64,000 bases of DNA from an uncultured Acidobacteriota bacterium. GTDB taxonomy: Bacteria; Acidobacteriota; Thermoanaerobaculia; UBA5066; Gp7-AA6. Shown one piece after another: positions 17,797 through 27,167 of the stretch. The stretch covers positions 398,784 to 462,783 of the forward strand of contig CAWINF010000003.1 in the NCBI GenBank assembly GCA_963837495.1. The letters run 5' to 3'. Positions within the stretch are counted from its first letter, which is position 1, and every line of letters starts with the position of its first letter. The notes beneath the pieces were generated by a model, which was not told the DNA's origin, ran no database searches, and saw only the letters and a program-made list of their open reading frames with translations. The position numbers and the translations under genes were made by a program.

Positions 17797-18774
17797 TCAC
17801 GGCTGCGCTGCGACGAGCTTGCCTTCGGGCAGTCCGACCAGGCCCGAGACGATCACCGCCTGGCCCGGCGCGAGGGGCGGCGAGACGATTTCCGTCCGTC
17901 CTCCCTCTACGACTCCCGTCCGCACGTCGACCCAATGGGCCCGGTTCTGCGTGACGAGCGCGACCCGGGCGACGCCGGTCACGTCGTCTCGGAGAACGGC
18001 CGCGTCGGGCACGACGGTTGTGTCGGGGTGCTCTCCCACGAGGACCCGCGCCGTGCCCACGATCCCCAGAGGCAGCCGGCGGGCCGGCTCGGGCAGATCG
18101 ACACGGACGGAAGCCGTGGAATCGGCGGGGTTCGCCGCGGGAAGCGCCGAGTGGACGGTTCCGGAGATCGCGCGCGTTTCTCCCGCGATCTGGATGGAAG
18201 CCTTCTGCCCGGGCCGGATCCGCGGAAGTTCGGACTGGGCGATGTCGGCCAGGAACACGGTGGACCCGGCGTCGTTGATCGTCAGGATTTCCTGATCTTC
18301 GGAGACGCGATCTCCGGCGCTTGCCGCATGGGACAGGACCATTCCGTCCGAGGACGCCGTCAGCGGCTTGCGGACCAGGTTCTTTTCGGCCAGCGCGACG
18401 GCCCGGCCGGCGTCGCGCCGCTCGGCTTCGCTGGCCGCCTGCCGCAGCATCTCCCGCGCCCCCGAGAGGGCGGCCTCGCTGTCGCGGGCAACGATCGTCC
18501 CGACCTTCTGCCCGCGGCGCACGCGGTCGCCGTCGAAGACGGAGAGCTCCGTCAGGGTTCCGGCGAACGGCGCCCGCAGCTTCTGCTGCGCCAGAGCGGC
18601 CGTCTTGCCCGGTCCCGAGACGAAGAGGGACAAGGACGCCTTCTCGGCCAGTGCGACCCGGACGGGCGTGGGGAGCGCGGGCGTGTTATCCGGGCGGGCC
18701 GCTTCACCCGGCGCGTCGCCCTTCCGGCATCCGACGACGGCGAGAAGCAGGAGCGCAACGGCTTCGCGCTTCAC
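17797..18774 (-). CDS. RND efflux periplasmic adaptor (membrane fusion protein), lipoprotein.
   Basis: Lipobox LLLAVVGC plus HlyD-like beta-barrel and lipoyl regions. 4-nt gap to the RND gene. Confidence 0.85.
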   Translation of the reverse strand: MKREAVALLLLAVVGCRKGDAPGEAARPDNTPALPTPVRVALAEKASLSLFVSGPGKTAALAQQKLRAPFAGTLTELSVFDGDRVRRGQKVGTIVARDSEAALSGAREMLRQAASEAERRDAGRAVALAEKNLVRKPLTASSDGMVLSHAASAGDRVSEDQEILTINDAGSTVFLADIAQSELPRIRPGQKASIQIAGETRAISGTVHSALPAANPADSTASVRVDLPEPARRLPLGIVGTARVLVGEHPDTTVVPDAAVLRDDVTGVARVALVTQNRAHWVDVRTGVVEGGRTEIVSPPLAPGQAVIVSGLVGLPEGKLVAAQP

Positions 18775-20114
18775 GGCGAGCCCCAGCGATCCCCGATCGC
18801 CCGAGCGATCCGGTAGCGCGCGACCGCGTCGGAGAAGCGCACGGCGGCGTCCACCGCGGAAGAGTAGGCGTCGAGGACCTCAAGCGACGTCGCGGCGCCC
18901 CCGCGGTACCGGCTTTCCGCTTCCAGGAAGGCGTCGCGCGCGGCCGGACTCGCGCGGGAGAGGAGGTCGACCTCTCGTCCGAGCGTTTCGATCGCGGAAC
19001 GGGCCTGCGCCCATTTCAAACGGGCGTCCCGCCGCGCGACCTCGACCTTCTGGCGGGCCTGCCTCAGGGCGAGGTCCGCCTGCGCCACGCGCGCGCGCAT
19101 GGCGCCGAAGTCGAAGACCGGCCAGGAGAGCGAGAGCATGAAGGAATAGCCCGCGTCGCGGCGGACACGGTCGAAGAACGTGGCATTGGGATCGCGTTGC
19201 CTCAGGTCGAGCGGGACGAGGCGCGAGGTATCCGATCCCCAGAAGCCGAGGTCCGCCGAGAGATCGAGGTGAGGCCGGCGTTCGGCGCGAGCGCCCGAGA
19301 GGGCCGCGTCCGCCGCGCTCGCTTCGGCGCGGGCGGCGGAAACCTCCGGCACCTCCTCCCAGGCGCCCGCTGACGCTGCCGGAACGGCGGCCGGCACGGG
19401 AAGCGGCGCGATCTCGAGGAGAGCGCGCGGTTCTCGCCCCATCAGGTCGTTCAGCTCCAGGCGGGCGTCGTCCGCGCGCTTCTCGGCTTCCAGGACGCTC
19501 GCCTGCTCGGACGCGAAGCGAACGTCCGTCTTCATGAGGTCCGAGGCGACGGCCTGCCCCGAGGCCTGGCGGCTCTTGAGCGACGTGCGATAGCTCTCCA
19601 GCCGCGCGATGCCCTCGCGCCGCGCGGCGATCTCTTCCCGCGCGGCGAGAAGCTCGTTGTAGCGGCTGATCACCTCGAGCTCGAGATCTTTTTCTTCGAT
19701 GCGGTAGCGCCCCCGCGCCGCGTCGAGCTCGGCGTCGGCCCTCGCAACGGCGGCGCGGCGAGCCCCTCCGTCGTAGACAGGCTGCCGCCCGACGGCCTGC
19801 AAGCGAAATTCGCCCAGATTGGTCACGACGGGGTCGTACCCGGAAGGGGGCGCATACACGAAGTCCCCCTCCACGGCGACCTTGAGCCAGCGCTCGGCCC
19901 GCGCCTCGGTCCGCTTCTCCCGGGCGATCGCGACGTCGAAGGCGGGAAGCGGGAGCCGCGCGTTGGAGGCCCGCGCCTCCCGCACGGCCTCTTCGAGCGT
20001 CACCGGCGCCTGAGCCTCGGCGGCGCATGCGATGGCCGCGCCGAGCAGGAGAGCCAGGCGGCCGGCGGCGGCGAACGTGTCCGCGGAGCGCGATCGTTTG
20101 TTCACCGGACGCAT
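18771..20114 (-). CDS. TolC-like outer membrane efflux protein.
   Basis: Signal peptide and a two-repeat OEP architecture. 4-nt overlap with the MFP gene. Confidence 0.85.
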   Translation of the reverse strand: MRPVNKRSRSADTFAAAGRLALLLGAAIACAAEAQAPVTLEEAVREARASNARLPLPAFDVAIAREKRTEARAERWLKVAVEGDFVYAPPSGYDPVVTNLGEFRLQAVGRQPVYDGGARRAAVARADAELDAARGRYRIEEKDLELEVISRYNELLAAREEIAARREGIARLESYRTSLKSRQASGQAVASDLMKTDVRFASEQASVLEAEKRADDARLELNDLMGREPRALLEIAPLPVPAAVPAASAGAWEEVPEVSAARAEASAADAALSGARAERRPHLDLSADLGFWGSDTSRLVPLDLRQRDPNATFFDRVRRDAGYSFMLSLSWPVFDFGAMRARVAQADLALRQARQKVEVARRDARLKWAQARSAIETLGREVDLLSRASPAARDAFLEAESRYRGGAATSLEVLDAYSSAVDAAVRFSDAVARYRIARAIGDRWGSP

Positions 20115-20126
20115 TCTAAGGAATGC
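20111..20126. promoter_or_regulatory. Perfect 16-bp palindrome GCATTCTAAGGAATGC spanning the tolC-like start codon.
   Basis: The ATG of the 18771..20114 gene lies inside the right arm of the palindrome. It is a candidate operator or start-codon-sequestering hairpin. Confidence 0.4.
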
Positions 20127-20193
20127 GGCCCATCGCGGCTCGAATCTCTTGCATCCGGAACGTTCCGTGGACGCGGGAACGCTCAGGCCCGCG

Positions 20194-20346
20194 TCAGTCC
20201 CCTTTCGAAGGCGCGCTCTTCAGACTCGCGTAGAGGGAGTCGTCGGCGATCCGAAGGCCGTGGGCGCGCAGCTGCTGGATCACCGGGTTGACTTCGTCGG
20301 CGACGAGGACGAAGTTCGCCGGTCGTCGCGACGCGCCTTCCGACAC
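20194..20346 (-). CDS. Possible small ORF (50 aa) between the chrB-like and tolC-like genes.
   Basis: GTG start; reads MSEGASRRPANFVLVADEVNPVIQQLRAHGLRIADDSLYASLKSAPSKGD. GC3 bias is consistent with coding. It is below the ORF-track length cut-off and has no recognisable domain. Confidence 0.3.
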   Translation of the reverse strand: MSEGASRRPANFVLVADEVNPVIQQLRAHGLRIADDSLYASLKSAPSKGD

Positions 20347-20350
20347 TGCT

Positions 20351-21379
20351 TCATGATTTTCTCCGCTTTCCTGGAGCCGGTCTCCTCCGGCGGAACGACT
20401 CGTGGAGTCCGTCGAAAAGCGTGATTCCTCGTTCCAGCCGCTCTTCGTCGCTCGGGCAGGCGTTCACGATACCCGCAAGAAGCTGCTCGATCCCGCGAGT
20501 CTCCGGGCGTCCGAACTTCCCGTCCCTCAGGTCGATCTCGTGGACGATCTCCGCGACGGGACCGAGAGCGGGATCGGTGAGCCCGGAGCGGCGGCGGAGC
20601 GTCTCGAACGTGCAGCGGTCGGCCTCGTGGGTGAAGGCGCCGCCGACCATGTCGAAAGTTATCTCGCCGGCGCGCGGAATCTCTCGCCTGGGATCGATGA
20701 ACCGGAAGCGCGCCCGTCTGTCCACGAACCGGCGGATGAGCCAGGCCGTGGCGATCCGGTCCACCTTGATGCCCTTGCGGGTCACCCAGGTCTTGCGGGA
20801 GAGCCGGGTTGTGGATGGCCTCCCCGCGGAAACAGATTCCCGCGCCGCGGCGCGGCGCTCGAGCGTCGCGAGCAGCCGCTCGGCGGCCTCGCGTCCCCTG
20901 GCGCGGAAGAAGTCGATCCGGGAGATTTCGTCGAGGCGTCTGCGCCAGCGGGCCAGACGCGCGGGAAGGTCTTCTTCGAGAGGACCGGCGCCGCTCGCGC
21001 GCTTCGCCCTCCGGCCCCGTTCGCGGAGGGACGCGGCGAGCGCGGCGTAGTCGGCGTCCCGATCCCGGCGGAACCGGTCGACAAGCGCGGCGTTCGTCTC
21101 TTTTCCGAGGAAGTCGGCCTCGCAGACGTAGGCCTCGCCGCCTCCCGCGATCGCCTCCTCCCCGATCCACTGGAAGTCCTCCAGGCAATCTTCCAGGCGG
21201 GGCAGGACGTAAACGGCGTTCTTGAGCGCCACGGCTCCCGCCTTGGCCAGGCGCTGCCGGATCTTCGCGCGCAGGTAGAGCGGCTTCGGCGGGAGCTGGT
21301 GGATCAGCAGGTACCAGCGAGGCGCCCCCTCGCGGCGGCGCCGGCGCCGAGGCTTCGGGCGAGTTCGGTCTTTCATCAC
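20351..21379 (-). CDS. ChrB-like chromate-resistance regulator family protein.
   Basis: N-terminal WYLLIHQLPPKP..LRAKIRQRLAKAGAVALKNAVYVLP matches the ChrB N-domain. C-terminal VDRIATAWLIRRFVD matches the Chrome_Resist domain. Confidence 0.7.
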   Translation of the reverse strand: MMKDRTRPKPRRRRRREGAPRWYLLIHQLPPKPLYLRAKIRQRLAKAGAVALKNAVYVLPRLEDCLEDFQWIGEEAIAGGGEAYVCEADFLGKETNAALVDRFRRDRDADYAALAASLRERGRRAKRASGAGPLEEDLPARLARWRRRLDEISRIDFFRARGREAAERLLATLERRAAARESVSAGRPSTTRLSRKTWVTRKGIKVDRIATAWLIRRFVDRRARFRFIDPRREIPRAGEITFDMVGGAFTHEADRCTFETLRRRSGLTDPALGPVAEIVHEIDLRDGKFGRPETRGIEQLLAGIVNACPSDEERLERGITLFDGLHESFRRRRPAPGKRRKS

Positions 21380-21586
21380 GCCCCATATAGCACTTGATTT
21401 ACAGCTATAGCAATTGCTTTAGGATCGCGATGGAGGGGAGACGCAATGGGACTCTCGGCGGCGGCCTTCCTGCTCCTGGGGGCGCGATCCGCCGAAAGGG
21501 AGGCTGCGCCTCATTTCGCGATACGTTCCGGCAGGCGGCTCGCTCTCCTTCTGAGACGCCGGAAGCCATCCCGTTAGAATGAGGCC

Positions 21587-23617
21587 ATGGGCGATGTGAC
21601 ACCGGCACAGGTCCTCCCCTCCGTCTGCCCGCTCGATTGCCCGGACGCCTGCAGTCTCGAGGTCCGAGTCGAAGACGGTCGGGCCGTCGAGGTCGGAGGG
21701 AGCCGCGTCAATCCCGTCACGGCGGGCTTCATCTGCGCGAAGGTCCGCCGCTTTCCCGAGCACGTCCACGGGCCGCGCCGCGTCCGCCATCCGGGCTTGA
21801 GGGAAGGGCGGAAGGGGGAAGGCCGGTTCCGCCGCGTCTCGTGGGACGAGGCCCTGGATCTCGTCGCTTCCCGCATGAAGGACCTGACGGCGCGGGGAGA
21901 AGGGGAGCGCATTCTTCCTTTCTGCTACGGAGGCTCGAACGGATACCTCTCGCAGAACACGTCGGACGCTCGCCTCTTCAACCGGCTCGGCGCCTCCCGG
22001 CTCGCTCGCACCCTCTGCGCGGCCCCGTCGGGGCGCGCCGCGGCGGGCCTCTATGGCGCGATGCCGGGAACCGCCCTGCAGGACTACAGGCACTCGAAGC
22101 TCGTCGTGCTCTGGGGTGCGAATCCTTCCGTCTCCGGCATCCACCTCGTGCCCTACGTGCTCGAAGCTCAGAGCCGCGGAGCGCTCCTCGCCGTCGTCGA
22201 TCCGCGCCGGACGCGCCTGGCCGAGAGGGCGGATCTGCACGTCGCGCCCCACCCGGGCACGGACCTTCCCCTGGCCCTCGCGGTCATCCGGTGGCTCTTC
22301 GAGAATGGCCGCGCGGACGAAGCCTTCCTCTCAACTCACGCAGTCGGGGCCGACGATCTGCGCCGGAGGGCCGCTCCCTGGACGCTCGACGCCGCGGCGC
22401 GGACGACTCGCGTCCCCGCGGAGCGGATCGAGGCTCTCGCCCGGATCTACGCGGAATCGAGCCCCGCGGCGATCCGTTGCGGCTGGGGGCTCGAACGCAA
22501 CCGCAACGGCGGCTCGGCAGTCGCCGCCGTTCTGGCTCTGCCCGCGGTGGCCGGGAAGTTCGGTGTGCGCGGCGGCGGATACACGATGAGCAACTCCAGG
22601 ACCTGGGACCTCGACGCGCTGGCGGCGGCGGGCGAGTTGCGCGCGCCCTCGACGCGCGAGGTCAACATGAATCTTCTCGGCGAGACTCTCGTCAGCCCCA
22701 ACGGATCTCCCGTCGATCTCCTCTTCGTCTACAACTGCAACCCGCTCGCGACGGTCCCCAACCAGGAGAAGGTGCGCGCGGGACTCTCGCGCGAGGATCT
22801 CTTCACCGTCGTCTTCGATCCCGTGATGACGGACACGGCGCTCTATGCCGACGTCGTGCTCCCCGCGACGACCTTTCTCGAGAGAGACGAGATGTCCCGC
22901 GGATACGGCGCGATGGTGCTTCAGGAGGGAAGGCCCGTCATACCGCCGGTCGGCGAGTCGCGGCCCAACCACGAGGTGTTCGCCGAGCTGACGCGCCGCG
23001 CCGGTCTCTCACGTCCGGACGACCCGGAGTCGGCGAAGGAGATGAAGCAGGCGATCCTGCGAACCAGCCCTTCGGGCGAGGCGATCCGGCGAGCCCTCGA
23101 TTCGCAAGGGGTCGCTTTTCCGGGCGGCAATCCCGCGCCCGTCCAGTTCGTGGACACCTTCCCGCTCACGGCCGACGGCAGGATTCACCTTGTGCCCGAG
23201 GCCCTGGACCGCGAGGCTCCCGACGGTCTCTACGCCTATCGCCCCGATCCCGAGAGCTCCCGATATCCGCTCGCGCTGATCTCGCCGGCCAGCGACCGCA
23301 CGATCAGCTCGACCCTCGGGGAGCTGCACGAAGAGCAGGTTCCGCTCGAGATGGCTCCGCGGGACGCGGAAGCCCGAGGCGTCGGCGACGGGGATCGGGT
23401 CCGGGTCTTCAACGGCTTCGGAGAGGTTCGATGCCTCTCCCGCAGGAACCCCGCTCTGCGCGAGGGGGTGGTCCTGCTCCCCAAGGGTCTCTGGCGACAC
23501 AACACGCTGTCGGGAACGGGCGCCACGGCGCTGGCGCCCGACACTCTGACGGACCTCGGCGCCGGCGCCTGCTTCAACGACGCCCGAGTCGAGGTCGAGC
23601 GTTTGCCCGGGCAATGA
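21587..23617 (+). CDS. Molybdopterin (bis-MGD) oxidoreductase, MopB superfamily, single-subunit cytoplasmic type.
   Basis: N-terminal Fe-S motif CPLDCPDACSL..FICAKV, followed by MopB catalytic and MGD-binding domains and a C-terminal molybdopterin dinucleotide-binding barrel. Confidence 0.85.
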   Translation: MGDVTPAQVLPSVCPLDCPDACSLEVRVEDGRAVEVGGSRVNPVTAGFICAKVRRFPEHVHGPRRVRHPGLREGRKGEGRFRRVSWDEALDLVASRMKDLTARGEGERILPFCYGGSNGYLSQNTSDARLFNRLGASRLARTLCAAPSGRAAAGLYGAMPGTALQDYRHSKLVVLWGANPSVSGIHLVPYVLEAQSRGALLAVVDPRRTRLAERADLHVAPHPGTDLPLALAVIRWLFENGRADEAFLSTHAVGADDLRRRAAPWTLDAAARTTRVPAERIEALARIYAESSPAAIRCGWGLERNRNGGSAVAAVLALPAVAGKFGVRGGGYTMSNSRTWDLDALAAAGELRAPSTREVNMNLLGETLVSPNGSPVDLLFVYNCNPLATVPNQEKVRAGLSREDLFTVVFDPVMTDTALYADVVLPATTFLERDEMSRGYGAMVLQEGRPVIPPVGESRPNHEVFAELTRRAGLSRPDDPESAKEMKQAILRTSPSGEAIRRALDSQGVAFPGGNPAPVQFVDTFPLTADGRIHLVPEALDREAPDGLYAYRPDPESSRYPLALISPASDRTISSTLGELHEEQVPLEMAPRDAEARGVGDGDRVRVFNGFGEVRCLSRRNPALREGVVLLPKGLWRHNTLSGTGATALAPDTLTDLGAGACFNDARVEVERLPGQ

Positions 23618-24531
23618 CCGTCGGCGCGGCCGCCGATGCGGAGCCCGCGGAGAAGGAGAGAAAGACGCGCAAGCGCCGTCTGCGGGGCGCGATTGCCGTC
23701 ACTGTCGCGATCCTGCTCGTCGAGGTCGCGGGAGGACTCGTCGCGCACAGCCTCGCGCTCCTGGCGGACGCGGCGCACATGTTCGCCGACATCGCGGCTC
23801 TCCTTCTGGCCTATGCCGGCCTGACGCTCGCGGGCCGCGCGCCGACGGGAAGGCACACCTTCGGCCTCTACCGGGCCGAGATCCTGGCGGCCTTCGTCAA
23901 CGCCCAGATCCTCCTCCTCGTGGCCCTTTACGTCGGCTACGAAGCGGTCCGGCGTTTCCGGAATCCGGTCGAGATCCACACCGGCCTCATGTTCGGGATC
24001 GCCGCCGCGGCTCTGGGCGGCAACGTCCTTTCGGCCCTGCTCCTCTCCAGGGGCAGCGCCACGAGCCTGAACATGCGCGCCGCGTATCTCGAGGTCGTCA
24101 CCGACATGCTCGGCTCGCTCGCCGTGATCGCGGCCGCCATCACGATCCCTCTGACGGGTTGGCGCTGGCTGGATGCGGCGGTCTCCGCCGGCGTCGCTCT
24201 CTTCATCCTGCCGCGCGCAGCCCGACTGCTCCGGCAGTCCGCCCACATCCTGCTCGAAGGGTCTCCCGGCGAGATCGACCTTCTCTCCCTGCGGCAGGAG
24301 ATCCTGGCTCTGCCGGGGGTCGAAGAGCTTCACGACCTGCACTGCTGGACTCTGACGTCCGGCCTGCACTCGGCAAGCGTCCACATCCGCGCGTCGTCGG
24401 AGAGCAGCCGCGTCGAGGTGCTGGCGGCGGTCCAGAAATTGCTCCGGGAAGAGGCCGGGGTAGACCATGCCACGATCCAACTGGAATGGGGGTCCGAGAT
24501 GACGTGCGCCTCGAGCCGGAGGCACGCATGA
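23614..24531 (+). CDS. Cation diffusion facilitator (CzcD-like Zn/Co/Cd efflux).
   Basis: Six TM segments with HSLALLADAAHMFAD and the ZT_dimer C-domain. ATGA overlap with the upstream gene. The listed 964-aa ORF is a frame artefact; only this C-terminal part is real. Confidence 0.85.
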   Translation: MTVGAAADAEPAEKERKTRKRRLRGAIAVTVAILLVEVAGGLVAHSLALLADAAHMFADIAALLLAYAGLTLAGRAPTGRHTFGLYRAEILAAFVNAQILLLVALYVGYEAVRRFRNPVEIHTGLMFGIAAAALGGNVLSALLLSRGSATSLNMRAAYLEVVTDMLGSLAVIAAAITIPLTGWRWLDAAVSAGVALFILPRAARLLRQSAHILLEGSPGEIDLLSLRQEILALPGVEELHDLHCWTLTSGLHSASVHIRASSESSRVEVLAAVQKLLREEAGVDHATIQLEWGSEMTCASSRRHA

Positions 24532-24541
24532 AGGAGTCAGC

Positions 24542-25174
24542 ATGAGAGTCATTGCCGGGATTCTGATAGGGCTGTTGCTCGTTTTCGTCGCGGTCGGAAT
24601 CATCGTCTGGACCGGGTCCTACAACGTTGCGGCGACGAACCCTCCGGGCCGGTTTGAAAAGAAGTTCGCCGCGTTTGCCCTGGACCGTTCCATCCAGAAG
24701 CGGGCGCCGGTCCGGACCAACCCGTTTTCGAAGCCGGAGGACATCCGGGCCGGCCTCGCGCACTACAAGGAGAACTGTCTGGACTGCCACGGGGCGCCCG
24801 GCGTCGAGGAGTCCGAGTTCGGCCAGGGCTTGAACCCCCCCGCGCCCGATCTCACGCTCCCCTCCGTGCAGAGGATGTACGACGGCGAGCTCTTCTGGAT
24901 CGTTTCCAACGGGATCCGCATGACCGGCATGCCCGCGTTTTCCCCAACTCACAAGGAAGAGGAAATCTGGAAGATCGCGGCTTTCGTCCGCCACCTGCCC
25001 GAGGTCACCAGGGAAGAGCAGCAGATCCTGAGGGCCGGCCACGGAGAAGAGGCGGGCCATCACGAGGCGGCCGAGTCCGGAGGCAAGCCGGAGGGAAAAG
25101 AGGAAGAGAACCCCGCTGCCGGAGAAACTCCTTCGCCGACGCGCCCGCCGGGAACCGAGCCCCACAAGGATTGA
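24542..25174 (+). CDS. Membrane-anchored monoheme c-type cytochrome.
   Basis: N-terminal TM, CLDCHG heme-binding motif and a Met ligand region (MTGMPAF). Acidic, His-rich C-terminal tail. RBS AAGGAG. Confidence 0.75.
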   Translation: MRVIAGILIGLLLVFVAVGIIVWTGSYNVAATNPPGRFEKKFAAFALDRSIQKRAPVRTNPFSKPEDIRAGLAHYKENCLDCHGAPGVEESEFGQGLNPPAPDLTLPSVQRMYDGELFWIVSNGIRMTGMPAFSPTHKEEEIWKIAAFVRHLPEVTREEQQILRAGHGEEAGHHEAAESGGKPEGKEEENPAAGETPSPTRPPGTEPHKD

Positions 25175-25521
25175 GGGCTCCGAGGCTATCTGGAGGTTCT
25201 GATCCTGATGCTCGCCGCCGCCACCTGCGCGGCCCGAGGGCATGGCCCGAGACCGGGTTTCCGTTCAGGAGGCAACGCTCGGCTTCGTTCGCAACGTCCC
25301 AGACTGCGCCTTCGCGACAGAGCGACGGCAGGTCTTCCTGTCAAGGCCAGCCGTCGCGCGCCGACGAGGGAGGCGACCCCGACGCCGGGGCGGCTTGTCA
25401 GGCATAGTCCACTGACTCCGCCTCACTTCGCACCAGCAGGGAAACTCGATTCATTCGTGACGGTGCCTCTCATTGTAGGGATCTAGCCGCTCGGCCCGCC
25501 GCTCATCCGCTGGCACCCGGC

Positions 25522-26385
25522 TCAGCCTCCGACGAGGTTGAGGATCCTCTGAAGGATCTGGATCGCGCCCTGCCAGTCCTGCCACACTTCGGGGAAGGCC
25601 CTGCTCCGGCGCATGCGCCGGTCCGTCCGCCGGGCGCTGTCCAGGAGACGGCTGGCCTCCGCCCGGATCTGCCGGCGGTCGCTCGCCCCCGAATCGACGG
25701 TCCGGCGGAAGGCCACGACCTGGTCGTGGAAGTCGCGGATGGACTGGAAGAACTCCCGGCGATAGGGGCCCCGGCCGGCCACGCGTTGCGCAAGCCCGTG
25801 CGCCCGGCCCGCCCGGTCCTCGAGCTCGCGCGCGAGACCCGCGAGCTCTCCGGATTCGCGACGACCCGGCGGGTTGCGTCTCTCGCCATACTCGTCGCGG
25901 CCCGGGCCGGCGGGAGCGAGATCGATCACGCCTTCTCCGGATTGACTCACTCTCATCATCCGGCGCAGGATCTCCACGACCTCGTTCCAGTCACTCAAGG
26001 TGTTGTCGTCCGCGAAGCGGGAACGGCGGACCCGCTCCTGCACATCCTGCGCGCTCCGCAACAGTCCCCGCAGGTCATCGTCCACCGGCCAGGGCGCCCC
26101 CCTGTAGTTGGCCATGCGCTCGTCGAATCTCCTCGCGCTTCGCTCGAATTCGGCGATCGAGGCGAGCAGGCTCCTGTCGCGCCGGGAGATCCAGGATTCT
26201 CGCCGCTGTGCCTGGTCGTTGGCATGACCGGCGCGTTCGTCCAGGCTCCGGGAGAGCTGGCGCAGCTCCCGATACGCCGGCTCGGAAAGCGCCGCGGCGG
26301 CCCGCTGAGCCTCCAGCGCCGAGGCCGCAATCATCCAGGAAGCCGCGCACGCGATCGAAAACAGGGCGAGACTTCGATTTGTCAT
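25522..26385 (-). CDS. Secreted alpha-helical protein with two internally homologous halves (hypothetical).
   Basis: Signal peptide; two ~75-aa repeats (ERAGHANDQAQRR... and DRAGRAHGLAQRV...). Arg/Glu-rich. Could be a periplasmic Spy/CpxP/ZraP-like helical chaperone, but no diagnostic motif is seen. Confidence 0.55.
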   Translation of the reverse strand: MTNRSLALFSIACAASWMIAASALEAQRAAAALSEPAYRELRQLSRSLDERAGHANDQAQRRESWISRRDRSLLASIAEFERSARRFDERMANYRGAPWPVDDDLRGLLRSAQDVQERVRRSRFADDNTLSDWNEVVEILRRMMRVSQSGEGVIDLAPAGPGRDEYGERRNPPGRRESGELAGLARELEDRAGRAHGLAQRVAGRGPYRREFFQSIRDFHDQVVAFRRTVDSGASDRRQIRAEASRLLDSARRTDRRMRRSRAFPEVWQDWQGAIQILQRILNLVGG

Positions 26386-26389
26386 CTTC

Positions 26390-27160
26390 TCAGTGTACGG
26401 CTTTCTTGCGGAATTGGCGGAGGCCGGCGATCAGGAACGCCGCGTCGAAGCCGATCAGGGCGCCGAGGATCGCCGGAATGGAGAGATGCGGAAACTGGGG
26501 CACGAGAGCGCTGCGCAGACCCTCGCTGGAATACACGACGGGATTGATGAGGACGGCCTTCTGCAGGAAAGAGAACCGCGCCAGGGCGCTCCACGGGTAG
26601 TACGTACAGCCGAAGAAAATCATGGGGGCGAGAACGAGCGAGAACATCAGACCGATCTGCGTCTGCCCGATCGAGCATCCCAGCGTCAATCCGAGCGAGG
26701 AAGAGAGGAACGCGATCAGCAGGCAGAGCGCCGCGAAGAGGAGAGGGTGGGGGAGCCGCAGGTCCACTCCCTTCCCCATGACGAGCCAGGCGGAAGGGAG
26801 GACGACGAGACCGGCGACGAGCGCCTGGATCATGCCGGCCAGGATCTTCTCCACGGCCACCCACTCGATCTCGATGGGAGCGAGCAGGCGGTCCTCGATT
26901 TCCTTGCTGAACTGGAACTCGGAGATGAGCGGCATGGCGACGGCCTGGATGCCGGAGAGAAACATCGAGAGCGCCATGATGCCCGGCAAGAGCAGGCTCT
27001 TGTATTGCAGCGGCATGTAGCCGCTCGCCGTCATCACGCGCCCGAAGATGAAGACGAGGAGCATCGGCTGCAGGAGCGTCTGGAGCAGGAGGGGGATGAA
27101 GTTGCGCCTCGCGACGCGCGCGTCGCGCCCGAGCAGAGCGAGGAAGGTCTTCGCGTTCAT
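26390..27160 (-). CDS. ABC-2 type transporter permease.
   Basis: Six TM segments with the ABC-2 signature region. Start is ATG 27160. The listed 318-aa ORF is extended artificially through the MITE copy. Confidence 0.8.
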   Translation of the reverse strand: MNAKTFLALLGRDARVARRNFIPLLLQTLLQPMLLVFIFGRVMTASGYMPLQYKSLLLPGIMALSMFLSGIQAVAMPLISEFQFSKEIEDRLLAPIEIEWVAVEKILAGMIQALVAGLVVLPSAWLVMGKGVDLRLPHPLLFAALCLLIAFLSSSLGLTLGCSIGQTQIGLMFSLVLAPMIFFGCTYYPWSALARFSFLQKAVLINPVVYSSEGLRSALVPQFPHLSIPAILGALIGFDAAFLIAGLRQFRKKAVH

Positions 27161-27167
27161 GCGGCCC

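Noticed and set aside
21637-24531. 964-aa plus-strand ORF
   Set aside because: It runs out of frame across the molybdoenzyme gene, and most of it is an Arg/Gly-rich composition artefact. Only the last ~305 codons (23614-24531) form a real gene, the CDF transporter.
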